Below, in pieces: positions 17,412-26,300 of a DNA stretch of 46,713 nucleotides. This stretch comes from an uncultured Methanosarcinales archaeon (lineage in GTDB: Archaea > Nanobdellota > Nanobdellia > Woesearchaeales > GW2011-AR9). The notes beneath the pieces were generated by a model. The model worked only from the letters and a program-made list of their open reading frames with translations, searched no databases and was not told the DNA's origin. A program made the position numbers and the translations under genes. Within the stretch, counting starts at the first letter, position 1, and each line of letters begins with the position of its first letter. Where the stretch lies: NCBI GenBank assembly GCA_964460195.1, contig CAYWPJ010000007.1, positions 1 through 46,713 on the forward strand. The letters are read 5' to 3'.

Positions 17412-19640
17412 ATGTTCTTGGTTCTGCTACTTTGTGTTTTATCTTCCGTTTCCGCTCAACTGCAGCTCAACGAAATGATGTATAATCCTTCTTCTTTTCA
17501 AGGCAATGATGCTGATTTAGAATGGGTAGAAATATTTAATAGAGGAAATGAAACCGTTAACTTAAGCACCTACACTATTGACTCTAAGGCATTAACGGGG
17601 ATGGTTAATCCAAATGGTTACATCGTCATTGCCAAGGATATTGAAGGATTTAGTTCCTTTTACTCGCCTGTCAATTACACTGTTGTTGAAGCAGGCATTT
17701 CCCTAACTAACTCTGGAGATTCCGTTACCCTTGCGGGGGGAAATTTTACGGAAAATGTTACTTACTCCCCCGGCTGGGGCGCTGATGGCAACAATAAAAC
17801 CTTAGAAAGGCGTTCTGACAACAGCTGGGGGGAAAGCCTGGCCGACGGCGGCACGCCCGGCCGGGAAAACAGCATCTTTAATTTCTCCTCGGAAAGCCGT
17901 CAGGTGGTCATCTCGGAAATCTTTCCCAATCCTTTCGATGAAGATAATCAAACCAAGCCGGAGGGGGAATGGGTGGAATTGTACAATCAAGGAGAGAGGT
18001 CGATCAATTTGCGGGGATTTTCATTAAAAGATAAAGTGGGAAATGAACTGTCGGTTACCAGCGATAAGGTTCTGGAGCATGCTGATTTGATTCTTCCCGG
18101 GAAAGAGTATCTTGTTGTCTATCGTGACAACGACGCTGATTTCACCTTGAACAACCATGGTGATGAAGACGTCATTCTCTTCTCCAGCGAGCAGCCGATC
18201 CATAATCTCTCTTACTCCCGGACGGTTGAGGATATGTCCATCAGCCAGATCGACGGCGGCTGGTACCTTACCCTTCCCACACCGGGCTATGACAATTTCC
18301 TTGAAGAAAGGTGCGACTGGGTGATTGATATCGGGCTGGAAAACTTCATCTTCCTGGAGGACAAACTGGACTTTGATGTCTGGGTCATCCGGGAGTTTGG
18401 CCTCCCCCAGAACATTACCGTCAGAGGGGAGATCATCGACCTGAATGGGGAGACCGTCCAGACCTACTCTCCCTGGACCAATGAGCGGGTAACGACACAG
18501 AAAAGCCAGACCTATTCCCCCAACCTGCCGGAAGGGACTTATGAAATCTTTTTCTGGATGGAAGAGCTGCCCTGTGAGGATGCCGACACCAGCGACAATG
18601 CGGTAGTGGCTTTGGCGGCGATCAACCCTTATGTTTATGAAAACCAGTCAGATATCGTCATCGAGAAACTTTACCTGGGCAGCGACGAGAAAGTGGCATG
18701 GGGCAACCAGTTTGATGTCAAGGTTGATCTCTATAAAGGGATGGAAACTCAATATTCCATTCAGTTGTGGGCGGAGAAAGACGGAGAGAAAATCAGCAAA
18801 ACCACGAAATTAAGCATTTATGAGAATTACCGCCATTATCCCCTGACTTTGCCCCTTCAGCTGATTCCTAACTGCCACCAGCAGGTTTCTGACGGGGCAG
18901 CCAAGATCGTCTTAGAAGCTTTCGGTCTGAGACAGGAGCAGGCTTTCCGCATTGAAGGAGTTGATGAAGGCATCTGCCGGGATTACTTGGATTATGTCAA
19001 AGAAGCGGAAAAGAAAGAGGAGAAAAAAGAGAAGCAAAAAATTGCTCATCAGGTTGCCGAGCTGCCCGCTTCCGTCTCTGCCGGCGAGGTCTTCCGGCTG
19101 GAAGTCCAGCTGTTCAATGATGACAATGACGCCCACGATTATCAGGTTTGGAGTTATCTTTACCGGGGGAGCAAGTGTTATTCCTGCTCCGGTTCGGCTA
19201 AGGAAAGGGATGACAACCGGCAGACAGTTTCTCTAAAAGAGAGCGAAGTTAGGATGCTTGATTTCCTGCTGAAAGCCGACGAAGGGATGGAAGAAGGTGA
19301 GTATAAGCTCAAGGTGAAAATCAGGAAGGACGAGCAGAAGACGGAGAAAGAGCTGACGGAAACGATTTATGTGCAGCCGGGAAACAATATATCGGGCAGC
19401 CGGCAGGAGACCAATGCTTCCTTGGAAACTTTGGCCGAGGGCTTTACCGGCGGTGGGGCAGCCGTGGCAGGTTTGCCGGCGGGGGAGAAAAAGCCGGCCG
19501 TCGTTTATTCCGGCCGGGCTGATTATGCCGGGATGGTCGTCTATGAATCTAATACTGAAAAAGCGAGGAAGCTGATACCCCTTTTCCTGATGATCACCTT
19601 CGGCCTGGTTTGTGCCGTGCTGGCGTGGAAGAAACGGTAA
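17412..19640 (+). CDS. Secreted surface protein with two lamin-tail (LTD) domains and a C-terminal TM anchor
   Basis: Signal peptide MFLVLLLCVLSSVSAQ. LTD signatures LNEMMYNP...DLEWVEIFNRGNETVNL and ISEIFPNP...GEWVELYNQGERSINLRGFSL. C-terminal KLIPLFLMITFGLVCAVLAWKKR. Confidence 0.75.
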   Translation: MFLVLLLCVLSSVSAQLQLNEMMYNPSSFQGNDADLEWVEIFNRGNETVNLSTYTIDSKALTGMVNPNGYIVIAKDIEGFSSFYSPVNYTVVEAGISLTNSGDSVTLAGGNFTENVTYSPGWGADGNNKTLERRSDNSWGESLADGGTPGRENSIFNFSSESRQVVISEIFPNPFDEDNQTKPEGEWVELYNQGERSINLRGFSLKDKVGNELSVTSDKVLEHADLILPGKEYLVVYRDNDADFTLNNHGDEDVILFSSEQPIHNLSYSRTVEDMSISQIDGGWYLTLPTPGYDNFLEERCDWVIDIGLENFIFLEDKLDFDVWVIREFGLPQNITVRGEIIDLNGETVQTYSPWTNERVTTQKSQTYSPNLPEGTYEIFFWMEELPCEDADTSDNAVVALAAINPYVYENQSDIVIEKLYLGSDEKVAWGNQFDVKVDLYKGMETQYSIQLWAEKDGEKISKTTKLSIYENYRHYPLTLPLQLIPNCHQQVSDGAAKIVLEAFGLRQEQAFRIEGVDEGICRDYLDYVKEAEKKEEKKEKQKIAHQVAELPASVSAGEVFRLEVQLFNDDNDAHDYQVWSYLYRGSKCYSCSGSAKERDDNRQTVSLKESEVRMLDFLLKADEGMEEGEYKLKVKIRKDEQKTEKELTETIYVQPGNNISGSRQETNASLETLAEGFTGGGAAVAGLPAGEKKPAVVYSGRADYAGMVVYESNTEKARKLIPLFLMITFGLVCAVLAWKKR
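19308..19640 (+). repeat. 3'-terminal ~330 nt of the LTD gene, duplicated in diverged form at 21108..21419
   Basis: KIRKDEQKTEKELTETIYVQP...VVYESNTEKARKLIPLFLMITFGLVCAVLAWKK compared with KLKKDRQKTEKELTGTIYVQP...VVYESNTGKARKLIPLFLAVAFGLLCLVMMWKK. Nucleotide identity is roughly 75-80 percent by eye. Confidence 0.8.
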
Positions 19641-19667
19641 AGAAAATTGATGCAGAGCGGAAGAAAA

Positions 19668-19913
19668 TCAATCATAAACGTCCTTTCGGTGATCAAAACA
19701 ATTAATGATAATCTTATCCCGAGCTAAACGATAAATAATTCTGAAGGGAGGAACTCTCACACTGCGATGATTTTTCCATCCGTACTTTAGCGGCTTTCCC
19801 GCTTCCGGCATCTCGCCAAGTTTCTGGAGTTGTTTGATTATCCTCAATCGAGTCGTTTTGTCTTTAATCTTCTGAAAATCTCTCTTAAATTCTTCAGAGA
19901 AGATGATTTCCAT
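19668..19913 (-). CDS. RelE/ParE-family type II toxin
   Basis: From ATG 19913: MEIIFSEEFKRDFQKIKDKTTRLRIIKQLQKL...HRSVRVPPFRIIYRLARDKIIINCFDHRKDVY. Confidence 0.75.
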   Translation of the reverse strand: MEIIFSEEFKRDFQKIKDKTTRLRIIKQLQKLGEMPEAGKPLKYGWKNHRSVRVPPFRIIYRLARDKIIINCFDHRKDVYD

Positions 19914-19971
19914 GATTTCATCCCCCGAGAAAATCTCGGATTTTCTGGGCACAAAAAATGCGTATCATTTT

Positions 19972-20256
19972 TTAGTGCATCAAAAGATCATCAATTTCTT
20001 CAGCCGCCATAGATGTATCTGCTTTAGTAAATTTTCCCGCTTTGATTTGCTCTTCGCTTTGTTCGATCATTTCTAACAAATGCATGTCCCTTGCCAATGC
20101 TTCCTTCCTTAACACTTTCAGCAAAATATTCCCTCCTTCATTAAAAACGAGGAATTTTGTGAACGGCTTTATACCGGCATCTTTTCTAATTTCGGCAGGG
20201 ATTACCACTTGCCCGTTTTCCGACAGCTTGGTTATCGAAACTTCCATTTTTGTCAC
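19972..20256 (-). CDS. AbrB/SpoVT/MazE-fold antitoxin
   Basis: LSENGQVVIPAEIRKDAGIKPFTKFLVFNEGGNILLKV is a SpoVT-AbrB swapped-hairpin signature. It lies directly upstream of the RelE/ParE gene. Confidence 0.7.
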   Translation of the reverse strand: MTKMEVSITKLSENGQVVIPAEIRKDAGIKPFTKFLVFNEGGNILLKVLRKEALARDMHLLEMIEQSEEQIKAGKFTKADTSMAAEEIDDLLMH

Positions 20257-20284
20257 CGGTTACTATTTTACCCTTAATTACTAT

Positions 20285-20304
20285 ACATTTTAATATTAAA
20301 ATGT
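20285..20304. promoter_or_regulatory. Perfect 20-bp palindrome upstream of the AbrB-RelE pair (candidate operator)
   Basis: acattttaatattaaaatgt is self-complementary and lies about 30 nt upstream of start codon 20256 (minus strand). Confidence 0.45.
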
Positions 20305-20358
20305 ATTTTATATATAAACTTTTCGCTCAAATTTGGCTTTGCCTCAAAAATGACATGA

Positions 20359-20928
20359 CTACTTTATATCAATATCTTCCAATAAATCGTCTATCGTTTG
20401 GTATGGCAGCTTAAGCACTTCAAATAACTTTGGCTGCAAATCTTTTCTCGGTGTGGTTCTTCCGCTGGCATATCGAGAAATGGCTCCTTCGGTAATCCCT
20501 AATTCTATAGCCAGCCTTTTCTGGCTTATTCCTAATTTAGTTAATTGATCTTTAATCAAATGGCTTAATTCCTGATTTACAGGTTGTTGCTGTCTTTGTT
20601 TAGCTAAATGCTCCCGATAATCGTAATCTGATGCAAATCCTCTTTGTTTGACTAAATGCTCTTCATATTCGGTTCTTGATGCAAATCCTCTTTGTTTGAC
20701 TAAATGCTCTTCATATTCGGTTCTTGATGCAAATCCTTTTTGTTTGGCTAAATGCTCCTTATATTCGGTTCTTGATGCAAATCCTCTTTGTTTGGCTTTT
20801 GTATATCCGTAGGCAGTTGAATAAGAAACATCGGTCCTTCTGGCGATCTCCGCCACGGACAAATTTTCCGCGTATAACTCTTCCATTAACTGTTTCGTTT
20901 CGTCGGGTATTTTTTTAGGCATATCCAA
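20359..20928 (-). CDS. Dual-HTH DNA-binding protein with four tandem 16-aa repeats
   Basis: N-terminal resolvase/Hin-like HTH (LSVAEIARRTDVSYSTAYGY). Repeats QRGFASRTEYEEHLVK x4, encoded by 48-nt tandem repeats at 20630-20797. C-terminal XRE-type HTH (ISQKRLAIELGITEGAISRYASGRTTP). Confidence 0.7.
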   Translation of the reverse strand: MDMPKKIPDETKQLMEELYAENLSVAEIARRTDVSYSTAYGYTKAKQRGFASRTEYKEHLAKQKGFASRTEYEEHLVKQRGFASRTEYEEHLVKQRGFASDYDYREHLAKQRQQQPVNQELSHLIKDQLTKLGISQKRLAIELGITEGAISRYASGRTTPRKDLQPKLFEVLKLPYQTIDDLLEDIDIK

Positions 20929-20968
20929 CTGCGGGAAGTAAATGTTTATAAATGTTACTATTATTCAA

Positions 20969-21009
20969 TTAGTAATCCAATTAGTAAATATATTAGTAAA
21001 TTATAGTAA
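20969..21009. promoter_or_regulatory. Four iteron-like direct repeats (TTAGTAA) at ~12-bp spacing upstream of the dual-HTH gene
   Basis: ttagtaa at 20969, 20981 and 20993, and atagtaa at 21003. All lie 40-80 nt upstream of start 20928 (minus strand). Confidence 0.5.
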
Positions 21010-21113
21010 GTGACGTAAATTTTTATACAAAAGTCACTGACTATGTTCCGAAAGACATAACTATTTGTATAGTTACCGACAGGTAACTCACGAACGGAGT
21101 GACTTGAATTAAA

Positions 21114-21419
21114 GTGAAGCTCAAAAAAGACAGGCAGAAGACAGAGAAGGAATTGACGGGAACGATTTATGTCCAGCCGAGGAATGCTCTTTCGAGAGCC
21201 AGGGAGATAAATGATTCCCTGAGTGTTTTGGCTGGGGATGATTTCAGCGGGGAAGTGAGTGGAGCGGTTAGCTTGTCGTCTGAGAAAAAGGAATTAAGCG
21301 GGGATTATAAGGGGATTGTCGTTTATGAGTCAAATACCGGGAAAGCACGGAAGCTTATTCCCTTATTTTTGGCGGTTGCCTTTGGGCTGCTGTGTTTGGT
21401 AATGATGTGGAAGAAGTGA
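21114..21419 (+). pseudogene. Displaced 3'-terminal fragment of an LTD-protein gene (C-terminal anchor only)
   Basis: Homologous only to the last ~110 codons of 17412..19640. An in-frame stop lies at 21105 just upstream. GTG start only. No N-terminal signal peptide or LTD domains. Confidence 0.65.
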
Positions 21420-21448
21420 TTAACATACTTTTAACCGCTTCTGTAAAA

Positions 21449-22459
21449 TCACGCAGCATCTTTAACTACCTGCTTTAAAACTTCCATTTCTTCCTCAGCA
21501 AATCCTAATTTAACCCTAAAATTGTCAACCCCTTTATAATATCTGTTAATAGCATGATACAAGCCTGAATGCATTTCGAATATCTCCGTGGGTGTTGGGA
21601 AACGCCCTAATTTCTGGACAAGAGAATCAACCTCTCTTCGGGCATTATCCTGGTCTTGCCAGTAACCACCGGGCCTTCGGTTGAACCCCTTGACATATTT
21701 CTGCCGTACTTTATTCAGCCCGCCGTGATACTTTTGGATCCCCTGCAATAACCCATTATTCATTCCCCTTAGTTCGTTGTAGGATGGGAAATGCCCTAAA
21801 TTATCAATAACTGGTTCTAATTCTTCCTTAATATTTTTCATCTTTTTCCAATAGCCGGTTGGTCTTTGCACAGGTTTATGATCATAGAGTTTTCCTATTT
21901 CTCTCAGACAGCCATGATATTTATAGATTCCACTTGCTAAGCCGGAATTGATTTCATTAAGTTCTGTTTTGCTAGGAAAATGCCCTAATTTGGCGATGAT
22001 AGTATTTAATTCAGTTCTGACATTTTCAAAATCTTCCCAGTGACCGTCTGGTTGGCGAAGCGGCTCTAACCCATACCATTCTCTTACTTTATTAAATCCG
22101 CCATGTTTTCGGATTATCGCCGCTGCCAACCCGGAATGCTTTTCCCTAAGTTTCCGTTCGCTTGGGAATTCTCCATCTAGCTCAGCCATGATTGTTTCCA
22201 GTTCTTTTTTTATGTTAGATTTACGGTGGTAATATCCATTTGGTTTCCTTAACTGGCCGTAACCCATTAATTCTCTGACTTTAGTTACTCCTCCGTGATA
22301 TTTTACCATAACAGAAGTAATAGTAGAATTATGAGCCATAATCTCTTGCGTGGTCGGAAAATGCCCCAAATGGTTAATAATCTTCTGCAGTTCTTCTTCT
22401 ACGTTATCCAAGTTCTGCCAGTACCCATTCGGTTTTATCTTTCGTCTTTTTCGTGTCAT
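21449..22459 (-). CDS. Repeat protein: five ~60-aa homing-endonuclease-associated-type repeats, no nuclease domain
   Basis: Repeat P-x-GYW-x5-(N/I)-x3-EL-x3-I-x2-LGHFP(S/T)-x2-E(L/I)-x4-SGL-x2-(G/A)I-x-KYHGG-x3-VR occurs 5 times. Acidic tail EEEMEVLKQVVKDAA. 4-nt overlap with the upstream gene. Confidence 0.7.
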   Translation of the reverse strand: MTRKRRKIKPNGYWQNLDNVEEELQKIINHLGHFPTTQEIMAHNSTITSVMVKYHGGVTKVRELMGYGQLRKPNGYYHRKSNIKKELETIMAELDGEFPSERKLREKHSGLAAAIIRKHGGFNKVREWYGLEPLRQPDGHWEDFENVRTELNTIIAKLGHFPSKTELNEINSGLASGIYKYHGCLREIGKLYDHKPVQRPTGYWKKMKNIKEELEPVIDNLGHFPSYNELRGMNNGLLQGIQKYHGGLNKVRQKYVKGFNRRPGGYWQDQDNARREVDSLVQKLGRFPTPTEIFEMHSGLYHAINRYYKGVDNFRVKLGFAEEEMEVLKQVVKDAA

Positions 22460-23397
22460 ATCGCATCCTCAACAAGTTGTTTGATAACCTCTGCTTCTCT
22501 TTCAAGAAGACCCATTTTCATTCTTATGCCAGCCATTCCGCCTTGATGCTTCTGAATACCTGATATTAAAGCAGTATTTCTGTCTCTTAATTCATTATAA
22601 GTCGGAAACCTACCCAACTCTTCAATTATCGGCTGAAGTTCTCGCTCAACATTGGCAAAATCACGATAGTAACCCGGAGGATTTTTGTGGAACTCTACAC
22701 CATACAGTTCTCTAACTTTGTAAATCCCCCCCTGTTTACCAATTCCTCGCCCTATTATTATTTCTGTGCGAGTCATCCCCGCAAAGTTTTGTTTATAATG
22801 TCTCTGACATTTTTTTAAATCCCAACCTCGGAAACTACGAATCTTTCTTACTGTAAAAATACTATCAACCCAGCCACGTCGGTGCACTGCCTTATAGAAC
22901 CCTTGTCCTTCGTTTTGAATTACTTCATTGATACTCATTCCGGCAAAGTTTGCTTGATAAAAGTCCTGGAAATCCTTTTTCTTCCAGCCGTGGTAACTTT
23001 GGTGAAGTCCTTTATGGTTATTCTGGCTTTTTGGGAAGACTTTATCTGTCCAGCCACGCCGCCCAGCTGCATTAATGAAAGATCTTCCTCCATACTTTAT
23101 TACTTCGTTTCGACTGAAACCCTTATAATTTTCTTGATAATGTTCCTGGAAATCTTTTAACGTCCAGCCGTCATAATCCGCTCTCATCTCCGGGAAGATT
23201 TTTTTGTTGTAACCATAATTGAGTACTGCCTTGTAAAATGGATTATCGAGTTTTCTCACTTCATGGCTAGACATGCCATTATAAAGCAGTTTATAATATT
23301 CTTTGAAATCTTTCAGTTTCCAGCCCATCCATGACTGTCTGGTTCTAGTGCCATTGACTTTCTCTTCCAATCCTTTAGAAATCCGACGCTTTGCCAT
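22456..23397 (-). CDS. Repeat protein: four ~45-aa GW-x-LKDFQ...RRGW repeats plus one repeat of the 21449-type, no nuclease domain
   Basis: Repeats such as GWTLKDFQEHYQENYKGFSRNEVIKYGGRSFINAAGRRGWTDKVFP. Then PPGYYRDFANVERELQPIIEELGRFPTYNELRDRNTALISGIQKHQGG. Tail EREAEVIKQLVEDAI matches the tail of the downstream protein. Confidence 0.7.
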   Translation of the reverse strand: MAKRRISKGLEEKVNGTRTRQSWMGWKLKDFKEYYKLLYNGMSSHEVRKLDNPFYKAVLNYGYNKKIFPEMRADYDGWTLKDFQEHYQENYKGFSRNEVIKYGGRSFINAAGRRGWTDKVFPKSQNNHKGLHQSYHGWKKKDFQDFYQANFAGMSINEVIQNEGQGFYKAVHRRGWVDSIFTVRKIRSFRGWDLKKCQRHYKQNFAGMTRTEIIIGRGIGKQGGIYKVRELYGVEFHKNPPGYYRDFANVERELQPIIEELGRFPTYNELRDRNTALISGIQKHQGGMAGIRMKMGLLEREAEVIKQLVEDAI

Positions 23398-26300
23398 CTT
23401 TTGCCTCCATGACTACACCCGTCTGAGGATCACGCATTAACCGTTTCTTCCCCGTATATCTCTTCCCATCACCCTTAAAGGTAGTTCCAATTGGAAGACT
23501 ACTTTTAAATCTCTTACGCATCCGTTTTTTCTCATTTTCATCAACTTCTTTCCCTTTTTTCTCTCCTTTCCTTCTTTTCGGTGCAAGAATCTCTTCTGCA
23601 TCCTGCTCTTCCTCAGAATAAGCCGGATTTTCCAGCAGGAAATATTTGTCATCAACTTTCCAGCAGTTCCCTACTTTCTGGAAAATGGAAAAAGTAGTCA
23701 AATCTAATTTACTGCGATAAGCTTCAGCATAATGAGGACCAAGTCGGTCCTTCAATTGTTTTACTGATCCTGTTGAAACATTATGTCTTACTGATTTTAC
23801 AACAGCTTCAAATCCTGCTTCTTTCATTCCGTCGAAGAAATCAGAAGAAAAATACCACCCGCCAACCCCTAATTGCAAATGCCCTCCTTCATTTAAAATC
23901 CGGTTAGCTTCCAAAACATAATCCCTAATCCGTTGTCTATTGGGTAATAAAGTGATTGAAGAATTATCAATTAAATCAAATTTGCCCATCTCTCTGAAAA
24001 ATTTTTCATCAAAAACCTGTGGTTTGCCGCACATATTTGCTAAATATTTGTGGGGGTTTAAACTAGCTTTGTGCATCGGTTTAGAAAAATCTCTATCAAC
24101 TACTACCGGAAGTTCAAAGCCAGAATTATCAACCAATTCTGCTAAATCAATAAAAGCAGAGTATAAAATCCCTTGTCCGGCTGCATCCGCGAGTAAAAGT
24201 TCTGGCCAACTAATCTCTCCCGCCTTACTTCGTTTAACTAAATCGATCACTTTCGCCCTCGCTAACAGATAAGGGCTTAGTGATTCAAAATTATCGCAAT
24301 ATTTAGCGACGAAATCTTTATCGTGCCAAATTCCGGCAGGGTTTCTCATAATCTCCTCACGAATTTCCTGGGCGACTGTATGCTCGTAAATATCTTCAGG
24401 AACAATTAATCTCCCTAACCTTTTTTCTTTCCTTTTGTTAACTTTCTTTGTATCAAAAGCATCCAAATCTTCAACTTTATAGCGGGATAGATCAATTCCT
24501 ATTCCTCCTCTACGTCTCAGGAATAATTCTTTTAATCTTTCCCTATCTTTGCCTTCCAAAAGAATTTCTTTTTCTTTATCAAGTAATTCTACCCCATCTA
24601 AAGCCATCTGGATATTTTCTCTCTTTTGCTCTAAGAGAGCTTTGACGTCAAGGTCAATAGAATCTATCCCTCGCAGGAAGTATGCGTTTACTCTCTTTTT
24701 TTGGCCACGTCGGGCTTCCCGGGCAACGCCTTGTTCTGTGGTAGCCGGACTGTAATGCTCATCAAGGAAATAACACCAATTAGCCAGTGAGAAGTTCATC
24801 GACATCCCGCCGGAAAGAGTAGTAGCAATTATCCCATTTAAACCATCATGTAACCTGTCCACAGAACTTTCCCGCACATCATCGCTGGTGAAAGCATCAA
24901 TTGACTGGAATTCAATTTCCCGGCTGAAATGCTCAGATAAGACTTCTTCTAATTCTTCTTTCAGAGGCCTAATCCTTAATTTTTTAAATTCATCTTCTAA
25001 TCCTAATTTAGAATAGTCTTCCTCTAACCCTTTTGCTTCCCTAGTTACTCCCTCCGCAAACATGCTGGAGAAAATAACAATTTTTTCACCTTTAGCAATA
25101 GGCCCTTCATCATCAGTAAGCAGCCCTTCTAACCTTTGATATTTCGCTGAATCTCCTCGGGTTACTTTTCCAATCAAATTCAATTCTTGAAGAATAGTGG
25201 GAGAAACCAATCTCGGATCAAGCACTGCATACCTTATCTGCGTCAGCCAGTTTTTCTTTCCATGATTGAAAACATAATCCACAATCTTTCTCTGCAGGGG
25301 AGTTAGCTCAACCATGTCTTCAATTAGATCAGTCTCCGGCAGTTCGGTAACTTCTTTGCTTTTCCGCCTGATTGTATTCTGTCTGACTAAGGCATATAAG
25401 GCACGGGGATCGCCTTCATAAATTTCCATGAATCGACTTTCAATGTTATCAAAACTTAGCCTTCTTCGTCCTTTTTTATCGGCTTCTTCTAAGAAATACT
25501 CCGGCCGTAAGATGAACAAAATGTTAGCATAATCGTTAAGATTGTCGGGCATCGGTGTTCCGGAAAGCAAGGAAACATATTCGACATTGGGATTATTTGT
25601 CAGAAGACGGACAGCCATACTTTCAGTAACACTGCCTCTTTTAGTAGTATTATTAGTATTCTTAGCTTCCTGGACCTCATCAACGATAACATGATCATAT
25701 CCTAATTCTGCCAAAACTTCGTATACTTTTTTGGTTGTTCCATTGGTGGAGTAATCCAGAATTAACTGCTCGAAGTTAGCAAAGACAAAGCCAGCTTCCC
25801 TTAATTCTTTCATAAACTCATCATTCTTTTCACCATTAAGCCAAGCTACTTTTTTCTTCCTCTTGAAATAGCGCTTCTTCTCATCACCTTCTAATCCATC
25901 TTTCCATGCCTTACTGCTGGATTTTGGTCCAATAATTAGAGTTCGCCCATAAACTGTCTTTTTACCTCTGCGTTTCTTTTCTTCAATGAACGGCTTCATT
26001 AGTGAAGCAATAGCTGTTTTTCCCGTACCACAGTCATCAAAAGTACCAAACCTTTTTTCATTTAAATTATGATATAAAGCAACAACCTGGTGGAAGGAAG
26101 GCAGGACTCCTTTTTCTTGAGTAGAAGGATTCTCAAATTTTGGGTTGACGTAACCTTTCCTGACAATCTTCTGCTGAAATTTAACATATTCTCTAAAAAT
26201 AGTTAATTGATCGTCGTAGAGAAAACGAAGATTGCCGTTTCTTTCCTCGGCAACAGATGATTCCAAGCTTACTAATGCTTTCTGGGGGTCGTCACTCTGG

